The notes: generated by a model not told the origin, from the letters alone. Numbered from the stretch's first letter, positions 26,401 to 39,711 are shown. The stretch is DNA of 64,000 nt from Paraphysomonas bandaiensis (GCA_965644295.1 CBFFRP010000075.1:124001-188000); one strand, 5' to 3'. A program made the numbers and translations.

Positions 26401-26949
26401 CGCGAAACGAAAGACGAATAAACGAGTAGTGGCAAGAAATGCTTCACATTTAAAAAGCAGATGCGGAGGTGTGTGCAGCAGCTGAGCGAGGTCAGAGTAC
26501 AGATGAAATACACAATATACACCTGTATTCCATACGTACTGCACTATGCGGATTGTACTGTAGGTGTAAATGACTGAGGGTATGTACGTATACGTATATA
26601 TATATACCTATATACATGTATGTATGTATGTACAGGGGGTGTTTTTTTTTTCGTTTTTTCAGTGAAAAGTGAAAAAAAGTTACTTTTCGGTATGGTGCGC
26701 TTTTGTATTTGTATGTGCCGAGGACTGGAGGGTGTTGTCAGGGTACGGTACGGTGTTATGGAGTATGTGTACGCATACGTGCGACCAGTTGGTGGAGGGG
26801 ATGTGGGCGTGGGGGTACCCATACTTCCCGTGTATGTAGTGCTGTATACTGTAGGTAGATGCAGTGTAGATGGAAGTCAAGTAACCCCCTCATCTGCTTC
26901 TTCCGAAGAACTTAAATATCTCTGAGTGATCATTTGAACCTTATAGGAG

Positions 26950-28836
26950 ATGGATGCGGATATATCTTCACCCTCAGAGAGTGAGCGTGCTTATAAGCTC
27001 GAGAGACGATCAACCTCAGCTCATATATACGATAAGATCACAGAGGTCGCTAATGTCATAACTAAGAGCGAGGATCTATACCCCTGGGCGAATGTTCTTC
27101 TTATCGCTGTAGCGATAGGCGTCATAGAGTATCTGCCTGCAGCTGCTCTCGCATGGACAGTTCCTCTTCGATTCCGTTTATTGGATTGGATGGTATCTAA
27201 CTTCGGGCTCGTTGTTATGATATTGACGAATATAGCCCTGTCAATGGCATGTGTGTGTGGAGCCGTCCTCTTAACCCTCTTGGTCGCCCCATCTACAGCT
27301 GGCTCTGGAGTTCCACAGCTCGGAGCTTACTTGTGTAATGGGGAAATGGTTTCTGACGATTTCCTATCTATTAAAGCTGTGGCTGTGAAAATGATTGGTG
27401 TGGTGATGGCTATATCGGGTGGTCTTGCAATTGGAAGAGAAGGGCCAGCTATTCATATTGGTGCTGCTATTGGAGACCTGACCAATCGGCTCGTCAATAA
27501 AACTATTCGGGTCACAACGGGGTACAAGATTCCCTTCGATGGGTTTGTTAAGAGCAATGTTGTAATGATGGGGGCTGCTTCAGGGTTCGCTTCGGCCTTC
27601 CGTGCGCCTATTGGTGGCATGCTATACTGCTTGGAAGAGATTGCTACTCACTGGGATATTAGAGCACATATGACCGTGGGTGCACAGATGTTCGTGGCAG
27701 TAGCGGTCTCGGCATTCATAACCGACACCATTGTTCGATCCACACGTGGCTCCGGTGGATTTTCTTTTTCTTCCATCATTATATTCGACGGAGATGAGAA
27801 CGAGCTGTATGATGGCGTCATATATACGTATACTGATATCGTTGGTTTCCTCCTGACAGCCATTGTGTGTGGGGTCGTGGGTGGGTTGTACACAAAAGCC
27901 TCCATATGGATGCATCGATTTCGACAGCGTACCCCATGGTTGAAGCCCTGGTATGCGAAAGTGGTGGACGCCGCAATTGTTGCTGCAATAACTGCTGCTG
28001 TGTTTTCCTCCGAGTCCCTGCTATATACACACTGCAAGCATGTTCCTGAATCCGATGATGACGGACACCACCGAATGCTCTCTGCGGGGGGCGGAGAGCG
28101 GAAGTATGTACAGTACAGCTGCGGAGAGAGCTCGTATTCAGAGCTTGCCTCCCTTTCTCTCACAGGGGAAGAGGGGGTCATTCGCCACCTGCTATCCAGA
28201 GACTCGGTGGAGTTCCAGCTGATTCCACTACTCATTTTCCTTGTGACATATACTCCCCTTACTGTTCTGGTCCGCGGCCTGCCTATCCCATGCGGGTCAT
28301 TCGTTCCGAACCTCCTCTTGGGAAGCCTTATTGGCCGAATCATCGGTGAGTTCGCAGAGTTCACCTTTCCCAATTCGCAGATATCAGAGCCTGGTGTATA
28401 TGCTCTCGTTGGAGCGGCTGCACAGTTGGGTGCTTGGACGCGTACTATGATGGCAGTTGTAGTGACATTGGTAGAGATTACAGGGGATATTGGGCTCGCT
28501 GGTCCGCTAATATGCTGTGTTGTTTTATCTCGTGGAATTGCCACGCAGATTTCACACCATAGTTTCACACATGTGCTCTTCTACGATATCGTTGACAGAC
28601 CAGGATCGCCTGAGACGCCAATGTTACATCCTAATGATTGGGAGCCCCCAGGACCGAAATCTCGCCGTTTGCGTCGAACTTCTGACCACGGACCCGTTTC
28701 TGTAGAGTCAGATGATGCTATGTATGGTGAGAGTGCCAGTTCTGATACCGATTCCTACTACAAGACTCAGCCACCTGTTGCGGCTGTGTCGACGGAGGAC
28801 ATTACTGTTGATTGCGAACATGAAGCGAGGGTATAA
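26950..28836 (+). CDS. CLC chloride channel/Cl-H+ antiporter, intronless
   Basis: GSGVP, GREGP, AFRAPIGG..LEE, GSFVP, PGVYALVGAAA; multiple TM helices. Confidence 0.95.
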   Translation: MDADISSPSESERAYKLERRSTSAHIYDKITEVANVITKSEDLYPWANVLLIAVAIGVIEYLPAAALAWTVPLRFRLLDWMVSNFGLVVMILTNIALSMACVCGAVLLTLLVAPSTAGSGVPQLGAYLCNGEMVSDDFLSIKAVAVKMIGVVMAISGGLAIGREGPAIHIGAAIGDLTNRLVNKTIRVTTGYKIPFDGFVKSNVVMMGAASGFASAFRAPIGGMLYCLEEIATHWDIRAHMTVGAQMFVAVAVSAFITDTIVRSTRGSGGFSFSSIIIFDGDENELYDGVIYTYTDIVGFLLTAIVCGVVGGLYTKASIWMHRFRQRTPWLKPWYAKVVDAAIVAAITAAVFSSESLLYTHCKHVPESDDDGHHRMLSAGGGERKYVQYSCGESSYSELASLSLTGEEGVIRHLLSRDSVEFQLIPLLIFLVTYTPLTVLVRGLPIPCGSFVPNLLLGSLIGRIIGEFAEFTFPNSQISEPGVYALVGAAAQLGAWTRTMMAVVVTLVEITGDIGLAGPLICCVVLSRGIATQISHHSFTHVLFYDIVDRPGSPETPMLHPNDWEPPGPKSRRLRRTSDHGPVSVESDDAMYGESASSDTDSYYKTQPPVAAVSTEDITVDCEHEARV

Positions 28837-29686
28837 TCAAGTTGCGCGTGAAATAAGGTTTATGTTTTCATTTTGAATTATAAGTATTTGTCTTTTCTGT
28901 GGACCAGTGATCGATATCATGACGGCGAATTAAGAGATCCTTCTCTGTCGACAATTGATCTCAACGCGTCCTGAACTTCTTGCAGACCTTTATTATAGAT
29001 GTGTATTTATCTCTTGTATGAACTTCTACTATGGATTGGGGATTACAGAACCTTTTCATTTTGCGTTTTTATGAAAACTTGTACCACTGGCGTACTATGG
29101 CCATTTGGCTAATGTGGTCTATCCCTTGCATTTGCATAATTTTAAAATACCAAAAAATCAAGTAGCTAAGTCTGCGTTATTATTGTATTGTCATAACTAC
29201 TAATGATGTCTGTCAACTTAAAAATATTTTTGTGGCTCAAGTAAGTTTTTATTATTACATTTGAAATCTACAGGTAGGTATTTAAAGCACGTCTAGAAAA
29301 AAACTCAATGGCCTTCAAAACTCAAAACAGTAGCAGTTGAATAGTAGAATATATCTATTTTCTATACAAAATAGCCCACCATAATTAACAGCATCAAAAG
29401 GACATGTATAAAATCTTCCCTTCTTTATTTTCTTTCCATTTCGTGAATTTTAAGTCATAATACGAACATCCAGCCATATTATAATGTTGCCGACACAAAG
29501 GTAACAATATAAGAAGCTCTAAATTCAGATATGCTGTCTCTTCCACATTGTCGCTTGAGTAAACTGAACAATATTATATATCGCTTTGTATTAGCCTTTC
29601 TTTCGGGATCACAATTAGAAAGCATATCTTTTTCTCGCGAATACTGGTCAAATCTATCTTGAGAGCTTCTCCATGGCTGACTGAAC

Positions 29687-30119
29687 CCTCAACAAAGTCG
29701 GACTCGCACCTTTTCGTGATGTTATGGGGGATAAGTACCGGAGAGATTTTCTCTGGGAAACTAACGTGAGTCGCAAACATAGTCAGCAGATATTCTTCTG
29801 CCCACTCATAGCCGAATCCTTGTGTGGTACAAGAGGGACACCAATAAGTGTCACTTGTGTAGACGGCTTTGGGCCCTGACGAATAAACAGGCAAGCATCC
29901 GGGATGTTCACCTTAAGAACTCAGAGCAGAAGTGGTCGCACCTTGGTGCTTGCGGTGACGCACAAGCAGTTTCCGTAGCGTTAAATAGTAGGATAAAAAA
30001 AGTGAGTACTGATTAGTTACAGGTAGAGGTCTAACTAGTTTGTCTAGCATTCATCTACTAGCTACTAAGTTGGTGCAGGTTATTAACGCCTATTGCTAAA
30101 GATAAGACTTTCAATATGA
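29687..30119 (+). mobile_element. SINE-like non-autonomous retroposon, apparently full length
   Basis: Flanking 10-bp direct repeat ctgactgaac (29677-29686, 30120-30129); body shared with 50845-51122 and 59024-59244; module and type A tail. Confidence 0.8.
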
Positions 30120-30764
30120 CTGACTGAACTACTTCAAAGATAACGCCAGTAGTGCTGGTGCCTTTTCGAGGCGGTGGTGCTGTGTACTTTATTTTCAACA
30201 ATGTGATAATATATTGACTTTGCACAGCTACTAGCGCCCTATCTTCTCAAGATAAAATGATTTCTCTTCTTTCTTTTAAACTTTACCTTATTAAGTTTCC
30301 TATATTCCAGTTTACCACACTACTTCGGTGGTAACTTAATGGCAACCCACTCTCACCTACTAGAATTTTGTAGTCATCAAAAGCAAATACTACTAAATAT
30401 TGATTTTTAAGAAGCGCAAACTTGTGCGTTGCTTCAACCAACTCTAAAAAATTTACGCGCCACTAATAAGCAAAACATCATGACTCTAATCTGTTGCAAA
30501 CACCGACAAGTGCTACACTATACAACACAATTTAGGTCGCTACATGGGTATACGACGAGTTGCGTGATTAAGCCGGATCATACGCTCCTGCTTAATCTAC
30601 TTGACCTAACACAAACCACTTGCGGTCTATGTCTTTGGCATATGTCTCCAGTGTATATGTGGGCCCCTTCAAGATGGTGTTCACAGTAGCAGGTAGTCTT
30701 GAGGGAGCAGAGTAGCTCTAGTGCCTACTCCTCACCAGTGCAATTTCTATAATAATGTGTTGTA

Positions 30765-30797
30765 CACAACCGTTCTCATGTAATAATCAGATATTCT
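30765..30797 (+). repeat. Retroposon 3' tail type B
   Basis: gttctcatgtaataatcagat, nearly the same as 50744-50766. Confidence 0.55.
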
Positions 30798-31294
30798 TAT
30801 GATACTGTGTTGTAGGTTGTAGGGATTAGAGATGGCGTTATCTTTGAACTGAGTCTTCTAAATCAAGTTACTATGCTGTTCTGAACGACTCTCTGAAGAA
30901 AGATGTATAAAGACTAAACGGGTTGTATATTGCAGAAAAATAAACTATTTTACCCTTTTTTATGAATATAAAACACTGTACACTGGTGTCCTACTTTTTC
31001 AATTTGTATTCTGGACAATCAAACAACTAGAACAACTTAGAATCATTTACCTGTTACCTACTTACTACGACGTCCCTATTTGCAAGAAAATAGCAATGGC
31101 AGATGATACTAAACTTAACAGTTAATTATACTGAAGATATAAGGTAGAAAGAATTTACGATGTTCAACTGCTATTAGTTCGAACTCTATGACACTTCCAC
31201 AACAAAATGACGCATATATATTATATATACACGTATGAGCAAACCGTACATAAAAATCTAGCAAAAATCGAACACACAAATAAGTCGAGACATA

Positions 31295-33062
31295 TTACGA
31301 TTTTCCAGTGCAAAAACAAGATATTTTACTTCTCAGAAGATTGCGTGTACACCCGGACTTGGTGGCCATTTGGTCTTCCAGAAGAGACATATATTTTGCA
31401 ATAGAGAAGTCATTGTCTCGTGATTGACATGACGAATTAACAGTAGATTCAATGAGGCTTAATACATACGCAATCGGCCAAGTAGAATACTCGACATTAT
31501 GAATACAATTTCTGACTACTTCCATAATCGCAGTTTGCAGCAAAGCAGCTGCAGATGGGCAAGTACTGATAAGAAAACTCATCCAATATTTTCCAGCGAT
31601 GCCATATGGAATGACTCCAGCACAAAGAAGGTACTGTTGAATAGCATTGAAAATGCTGTCTTCAGTTTCAGCTTTTGATACTTGCAAAGGGTATGGTTGA
31701 CTCATGGTGTTACTAGCCCCCACGAGCTTACACAATAGACTCATACCCTTATCTGTCATTAAATCTGAAGCCTTAATGCCAGTGCAGGCGAGCGACCCTT
31801 GTCCCTGTTTCGCCAGGTACACTAAACGACAAGATTCAATATGAATCAGATTTGGTCGGATGGAATTTTCCCACGTAGAGATTTGAGTGATAGACGTGCT
31901 TATAATTCGCTGCGGTGATATTACTGCCCACGACGTGTACATGTCCCAAAAACAGACTGTAGCAGATGTGTGCTGACCTATCGGGAAACTTGTATGTACC
32001 TGAATCCCATCGGGTTCACAACAGGCAGTCAGCGTATTTAACAGTGCCGAGTCGGCCGACGCTTCTGAACAGGCAGCACGGAACACACCCGTTGCAGCGC
32101 CAATACTCGAAAGGGAACTCAGTCTCTCACGACATTCGGAAAGGTGATTACAAATACTACTCCAGTCAATAGAAGCAAGCTTACATGTGCAGAAGCCAGC
32201 TGATGAAAAACTAGGCTGCCGAGAGTAGTCTCGAAACAATTGTAGTTCGCTCTACAGTATTAGACGTAAGCCAGAGAAGCATTAAAAAACGCAAAAATCA
32301 CCAATGTGGTCTCCGGGTTAAGGAGGCCAGCACAGTCATGCGATCGGCACTGAGCATCAAACTTACGACTGAGGCCAGTAAGAATACTATCAACAAAAGT
32401 ATCACCGCTCAAATTAGGCCCACATATATTCGAGTCTGATCCCGATGGTTGTACTTGGACAGCTGATAGAAGAGTTCTTGCGGGAACTACTGAGAGACTA
32501 TCAAATGCGACGCAAAACTCCACCGAAGGAGCTAAAAATCCATCAAGCTCTTTACCTCCGGTCGCTATTTGCCGGTAGACTTCGTCTAGTGCAGGGTTTA
32601 AAGCATCGTCGGCTACTACAAATATGTGAGATCGACAGCCTTTCATATTATCAGTTTTCTGCACAGAATACACATCTAAAACAGCGGCCCCTATTTCAGA
32701 CATCTTTTCTATCCAGTATCCGCGCATTTCAATGTCTAACTCATCTTTAAGGCGAGACTTCAGAGCGCATAGAGCTTCTCCTCTGATACAAAGGGAGCAG
32801 CGTGCAAGTTACACAACCTCACACCACATTTTTCACACACCTGGATACACACTTCAAAAGTCGGGTATATTGAGTATCGAGTCCGGATGCTGCGTTCTCG
32901 ATCTCTGTACGAACATTGCCCTCACAAAAAGTCTGTGCACAAAAAGTGAGATATTGGACAAAATGGTCCACAAGTCATACCACGACATCCAACCCTACAC
33001 CCAGTGATCTCGCCAGCCACATAGCCATCGATAGCGAGGCATTCCCCGCCATACGCAGACAT
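31295..33062 (-). CDS. Hypothetical multi-exon protein
   Basis: 314-aa and 155-aa ORFs plus upstream exons (MSAYGGECLAIDGY...) linked by short introns; no recognised domain; start uncertain. Confidence 0.6.
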
Positions 33063-33587
33063 GCAAGTGGAAGATACACAACACGACAGTTATGTGACAT
33101 TGGAGATGTAAATGATTCACTTGGAAGCTTGAAAACGTGAGCCCGACATGCAGCATCAGCAGGCCATGATTGCAGTGACAATGAGGGATGATGCAGATCA
33201 ACACGGTCGTATGGCGGTGTCACAGGACCGTCTGCGGTGCCATGTATGGAGTAATTAGTCGTGTTTGAAGGGTCGGTAGTGTGATGAGATGATGTGGAGG
33301 GTGTGTGTGGCGGGCTGATGCACTGCCTCTGCATAACATACACATGTCTATATCAGTGACACGTACACAGCACATCATACACACCTTCATAGGACGATCA
33401 GCACCTATACAGTCATCTGCTGAGGACGACAGCTGCTGCTGCGACAGTATGTTAGCAGAGAGCGTATGGCAGAGAGCATAATCAATCACAGTCTATTCCA
33501 TCTGCACCAGCAGCATACGCATATATGCACACACAGTCATGGTCTGCACCACACACAGCACCAGCCCACACACTGCACTGTATTCTT

Positions 33588-33998
33588 CTAAGTGTATGTC
33601 GCATAGCATATACGGCATAGCATAGCCCTCATAGCACTGTGTACACACAATATAGAGCACAGTCCCTTGCATAGCACCAGTACCGGTGTCTCAGGGCCCG
33701 GAGTACCCCCCTCCCTCTCCCCCGGACAGGACTCATCTCCCCCCCCGATAGTCTTCAGCTCCACCTGTCTCAACGCACTCAGCATACTGCTATTCACTGA
33801 CGGCTCGAACTCAGACTTCGCCCCACACACCAACCGGAGGTTCCCATCATCGTCTCGGAATACTCTGCAGCCTTCCACATCGAAGTTGAGGTTGCTCTGT
33901 TCGTATACACTCTCCGCGAACGATAAATACTTCTCGCACATGGCTGATTGGCTCACTGCGACTTCTCTGCACTTCACTGATCCACTTCGATTCTTCAC
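33588..33998 (-). CDS. Possible small hypothetical protein exon
   Basis: GC-richer 136-codon frame with protein-like composition; boundaries uncertain. Confidence 0.35.
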   Translation of the reverse strand: MKNRSGSVKCREVAVSQSAMCEKYLSFAESVYEQSNLNFDVEGCRVFRDDDGNLRLVCGAKSEFEPSVNSSMLSALRQVELKTIGGGDESCPGEREGGTPGPETPVLVLCKGLCSILCVHSAMRAMLCRICYATYT

Positions 33999-34318
33999 AG
34001 CTCAAACAGCGCACTGCCTTTTACAACTCTTGTGCGCTCATGCCTGGACTCTGAATACGTACTGTATACTGGTATACAGAGTGTAATGTTGGGTGCGTAC
34101 AGCATACAGCGGTGTCACGATGTGCTGCTGTAGTATGGACTGACATTCACCATGTAGCTAGCTATATAGACACCCTACCCCCCAATTATTAAGGAAGGTA
34201 TTGCGGCGTCGATAAATGCATGTCGTGTATATTCATGTGTAGATATGTAGTAGTGAACTGATCAGTGCAGTAGTTATAGCGTATATCTCTGTTAGTTTGT
34301 TCGCATAAGTCCACTGCA

Positions 34319-35611
34319 ATGAGCCAGAAGCACTTAAACGTATCCTGTGTTCATATTGTCCTGTCAACATTGGTCTTCTATGCATTTGCAATGTATGGGG
34401 CAATGGGCGTTTCGTACACGATGAATAGAGTTAGTAGCGGGGGTTGCCCCTACACGGCTTCATGGTGAATGCTCTCCTTATCGTGTTAGTCTACTGATAG
34501 ATATAAACTGATATACAGGCTCGTACACGTTGATCTCTTTCATCGCTTGAACTATGGTTTGCATTGGCAAAAAATGGAGGCCGCTAATTGGGACGTTATC
34601 ACAACTGCGCATAATAACTTCCAGCTACGAAATGAGTCATTGTATTTCGTATTCCATATGAGCCGATTTGAACATTTCAATCGAAAGAAGTATGGTTATA
34701 GCCATTCAGAGACAGTTACAAGAGTGATGTCAGAAGCGGCGATGAAGGGCGAGTGTCTATCCTTGCCGAGTGATTATCATGCTTCCACATTAGCGATAAT
34801 TCCTTTCTATGGTGGTCGGCCGCCAAATGTAACCGCGGATCTAAAAGTGAAATCTTTAGGTCAAGGGAACTCTCTGGTGCGCTTTACAAGTATTGTGCAA
34901 TAGCCATTAACTCTGAGTACAGGTTAAAGCGGACATAAAGGCCATGCAAACTGTTGCTACAGTGTGCTCCCTACTGCGGCACTTCGGTAGTGTTGTAATC
35001 GGTGTCGTACGAGAAGAAGATTTTACTCTTCTTTCGGGCATGGTGAGGATGTGAATATTTATAAAATTAATTTTCTATCACTCAATGTGTGGATTCTGTA
35101 GGTCAAGGATATGGGTCCTGATATCTCTAAGAGGGTTCATCTGAAAATGATCAATGGACTGAACAAACCTGCGAATCTTCCATTTGGGTTAATTATGTGG
35201 GCAAAGAAGCACGTACACCAAATAAACTGCTTGTATCGTATGAAGTACAATATATCGTATACACCGAAGAGACTTGGAAGAAGATACAAAGAGAAGTCAT
35301 GCGATGATGTAGACATAAAGCTTCTCAACTCACCGCGTGGGCGATTTGCTAACCCTAAGCCAGTCACTCATGTGTACTACACAGAATCTGATCAGCTTCT
35401 GAAGTTTTCTGATACAAATATTAGAAACGCGATACTAGATGCTCTTAATATCACAACGCATATAATAGGTCGCAGAATAGAAAAAAGGGTAGATAGTGAT
35501 GCTGTGGATTATATGAGTGGCTTATTCGCTACTAGAGCTGTATGTGGTGATTCCTCGAACACTTATGTGTTAAATTGGCCTGGTGATAATTTTGTTCATT
35601 TGCTCAATTAG
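34319..35611 (+). CDS. Type II membrane protein of unknown family; paralogue of 4023-5374
   Basis: N-terminal TM, GGCPYTASW, IPFYGGRPP, KVKSLGQGNSLV, PANLPFGL, HVYYTESDQ; three short introns. Confidence 0.78.
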
Positions 35612-36469
35612 TTTTCCTATTTTTTAACTGGTAACTTATATGGGTGTTCAGAGAGTAAAATATAATATTCGCGTCTTGCTTAATTATTGGATTAGTACAT
35701 AGTACTTTGGATTAATATATATACCTTTCTGCGAGACGGGGTACCGTGTATGGTTTGTCTCTTGAATTGCCACCGGTTTCCTAGCAAAAATTCTAAGTGT
35801 TCTTTATATACTTAGTCATACATGGCTTAAATTTAAGCCAAGTCTTAATTGTTGACAATAGATAAACCACGAGTGATTCTAAGATCCACAGTGGACTACT
35901 TCAATGGAGTTTCTCTGTCGGTGTAATATAACGAGAAAATATGTCGATTTACCCACTTAGATTGAAGACTGTGTGTGAGGTGTGGCTTCTGCGTTGCATG
36001 TAAAATTCAATGGCAGTTTGATAGAGGCGTAAATATAAGGAAATCTTAGTTAACATTACTTTTGTTACAACTCTACGGATATGACATACCCCTATATGAT
36101 TACATCAGGTAGAGTATGTAGTATATGGCCTTGTTGATTGGGCGGGTTATATGTGCGTCATATGACCGACTGAGGTGTCCACGCTGGACGACCCCGGACC
36201 AGACCGTCCTATACTGCTGTATACCACTGTATGTATGCCTGTAGTTGAACTGTTGTGTACCCGTGCGCTGTGCTGTGTCGTACCTCCGTACTATGCTCGT
36301 GTGTACATATGTACATCAGCGCAGTCTATGTTGACATGTTCTTCTGGTCATGTGCAGATACATACACCTCTACACGCACATATCATCACATCAACCATAC
36401 TAACCACCCCACATGAGGCTCTAAAATCCATAGTCACCCTCTCCAGCATATGTCGTAGATCTGTATGAT

Positions 36470-38623
36470 ATGAGAATGAGCGGAAGTGTCTGTGTCGATA
36501 GCGGCGTTAACGATACTGATAATACAGACACTCATACAGACACATACACCAACAGCAGTGATGAGGAGGACGATGAGGAGAGGGGATTCTTCGACTCCAT
36601 TGAAGACGATCAAACACTCTCTTCTCTCTGCAGATACAGTCTGTATTCAAACCGCACAAGAGACACAGAGGAGTCTGCTGATGATGATGGGCGTGCTGCT
36701 CATGGACCTGATAAAGATGGCCGTGCTGATGAGGAGGATCAGTTCTTAATTAACTCACGCCCTCTGTTTCCGCCACTACCCAGAGGGAGGAGCTCTACGC
36801 TTGATGTTGGAGGTGCTTCGTCCTTTAGCGACACTCGTACACGATCTGTTAGTGACACAGGGGGTAGTGATAGACACCACAGCGAATTGAATAGTGCCAG
36901 AACAATACGGCCAAATTTTGGTGTAAATTTAACGTATTCCTATGATGATGGTGAGTCATTTGTTCCTATAGAGGAGGGCAGTGACAGTCACAGTGAGAGT
37001 AAGGAACCCACAGGGAATGACGCAGGGCATGGCGAGACACCTGCTTCTGCTGAAAGTGGAGCATACATATCGGGTATATATAGTAGACTAAAAAAGGCTG
37101 TATTGAGTCCCTCGAGCGAGCGTGAAGCAGAGGGAACCTTTGAAGATGACCACAGGGGCAGGACTATCTCGGACTCTACCCCGTCCCGACACAGATCCGA
37201 GAGTTCGGTGAGGGTGTCTCTGTTTTCGAAGCGGCGATTTACTCCCTTCGGTGTGCTCTCCATAGCTCAGCAAGTCAGGGCACACCAAGGGGCGATTTGG
37301 ACGGCGGAGTTCTCTCTTGATGGCAAATACCTGGCAACTGGAGGACGAGATGGTCGGGTGATTGTTTGGTCGGTGGGCATTGACCGAAGAGGGGTAAGTG
37401 ATGATGACCTTTCACCTCGTCATCGTGCGCCTGGTCCGCCGCACGTCCCGTCTACTGATGCTACAGAAGTGGAAGTGTGGTCGCGAGGGGGATTCTCATT
37501 ATTGCATCCCTCTCCTTGCAGGGTTTATAGTGATCACACTGATGATGTGGTGGCGTTGTCCTGGACTAAGAAACACTTTTTGCTTTCAGCATCGGCAGAC
37601 AAAACAGTGCGTTTGTGGAATGTTCGCCGGGTAGAATGTCTCCGCGTTATTGAACATCCGGATTTGCTTTCATCAGTCACATTTCACCCCCTCTCTGAAA
37701 GGTTTCTGGTGACTGGTTGTATGGACGGACACGTGCGAGTGTACGACCTGTTAAAAGAAGATACTAAAGAGACCGCTTGGGTGGAGGTGAGTTTTTCTGT
37801 CCATTCTAGCACATCTCCCCATTAGAATCTAATCTGATACGGTATTGTACAGGCCCATGATATAGTCACCGCTGTGTGCTTCAGCCCTGATGGTGCTTAT
37901 GTGGTTGCGGGTTTTTTTGATGGCCATGTTTTCATTTATGAATTTCCTGACTTAAAGTACTACACACAAATAGCTTGTCTTAAGCGAAAGAAACGGGGTA
38001 AAATGAACCAGCTGGGGCGAAAGGTGACAGGATTACACTTTATTCGGGATGGGGCTACCGGAACTGGGGTAGAGACAGGACCACGTCGTGCTGCTATGTC
38101 AAAGAGCTGGCAATCTCTCTTAGTTACCACGAATGATAGCAGAATCCGACTCTTTAACATGTCGGACTTCACTCAGATAGCCAAATTTAAGGGACTTAGC
38201 AACAACAGCAGACAGATCCGCGCATCTGGATCAGTGGATGGCCGTACTATTATATGTGGGTCCGACACAGGGGAAGTCTTCTTGTGGCGGAATCCTTGTC
38301 ACCGCCAGGATTCTGGTGGTGGTGGGGATGGCCGATATATTAAAAGTCTTTATACGCCGTCGAAATCAAAGACCTGCGGGATGTATGCCACAATTTCATC
38401 AGAGGACGGTGGACTTAATTCATCGGGAATATCTGCCTGTATTGTTGCACAATTTGTTCCGATGTGCGCACTACGGCGGGCTTGTTTAAATGATTTTGAT
38501 AAACCTTTCGGAGAACACAGTGAAAGCAATGATAATATCACTGACCAGGCAATCATATCTGCGGGATCGAATGGTACTATTAGTATATTTTATAATAGTT
38601 TCAGTGAATTTCCAATTACGTAA
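36470..38623 (+). CDS. WD40 repeat protein, WDR44-like
   Basis: FFAT-like EERGFFDSIE; AHQGAIW..FSLDGKYLATGG; LLSASADKTVRLW; RKVTGL; LLVTTNDSRIRL; KFKG; intron 37787-37852. Confidence 0.9.
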
Positions 38624-38761
38624 TACAAACCAGCGACTGTGTCTTTTGTTCGTGAATAGTACTGTTTGTTTCCCTGCTTACTTAGCAATATATATTAACA
38701 GCAGTTAAAAATAGTCCATCCTTTGTCATGTGAGGACTGGGTTGTGATTCGTTGAAGTAGT

Positions 38762-38901
38762 GAATATAGTGAATGTCTTATTATTAGCAATATGCGTTTA
38801 CGAGTCAGAATTAATGTAGCAAAACAACTTAACTAACTAGGACTTAACTCTGATATCCTATATATATCCTACTATTTAACTACCCTACACATGCTACTTG
38901 T
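38762..38901 (-). repeat. Retroposon type A tail truncated by adjacent MITE
   Basis: gaatgtcttattattagcaatatgcgt and atcctactatttaac match 3080-3210. Confidence 0.65.
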
Positions 38902-39170
38902 CAGGGCTGCGTAACATTTAATTGCAATTAAATTTCAATTATTAGTTATAGCTCGCGCAATTATAATTGCAATTTAATCGCCAGTTATTGTCTACTTAAA
39001 TTAGTTACTCATGACAAGCACGAATAGAAACTTCAATTGTACTTGCATTCCACAGAAGTCTTTAAAGCGCAAGAAAGAACACAAGGGCCCCCAATCTATG
39101 GCTCCTAATCATTAGAAGTGGAGTAAATATGCTCCAAGCAGCGGTACTAAGTTGATTTGGTTGTGCGTAT
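38902..39170 (+). mobile_element. Truncated hAT MITE, same family as 59379-60121
   Basis: Starts cagggctgcgtaaca; shares attagttatagctcgcgcaatt, acaagcacgaatag and gtggagtaaatatgct..aagcagcggtact. Confidence 0.8.
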
Positions 39171-39711
39171 AATAATCAAGTGCAGTATTTACATTATTAT
39201 TATATAATATATATATTATTATATAGTTTTAGATTTAGCACTTACATTCCTTTATATTGCTAAATAATCAGACATATATATTATACAGTGATATACGCAC
39301 TATTGTAAATTATAATGATAGTATTACATGTCCAAAACTCTAGACATCCATGATTTCGACTGCAGAAAAAAGTAAAAAGCCCTGATAATACCATGTATGT
39401 ATGTACATACCGCTGCACGTCCAGAGTTCGTAGTGAACTTCAATCCTGTAGCATCTTGTAAGGCAGGATCGGTAATAATATGATTACCAAACTACTTAGA
39501 GATATTACTATGTATCTTCAAACTAGAAGAGTATTACGCTATGGATCGAGTGTTTGAACTTAATTAGTCTGTACCTCAAGGTCAAGAGGAAAGAAACGTA
39601 ATACAAAGAAACAATAATTTTCAGAATATGTAAAGAAATTTGTAATGAGAGCTAGCCTTCACACCATTTTAATAGCCATTATAATATCCATGAAGGGTGG
39701 TGGACTTGAAT

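Noticed and set aside
27648-28568. 306-aa antisense ORF (similar ones inside RPN2 and TTLL)
   Set aside because: Shadow ORFs of the real genes on the opposite strand.
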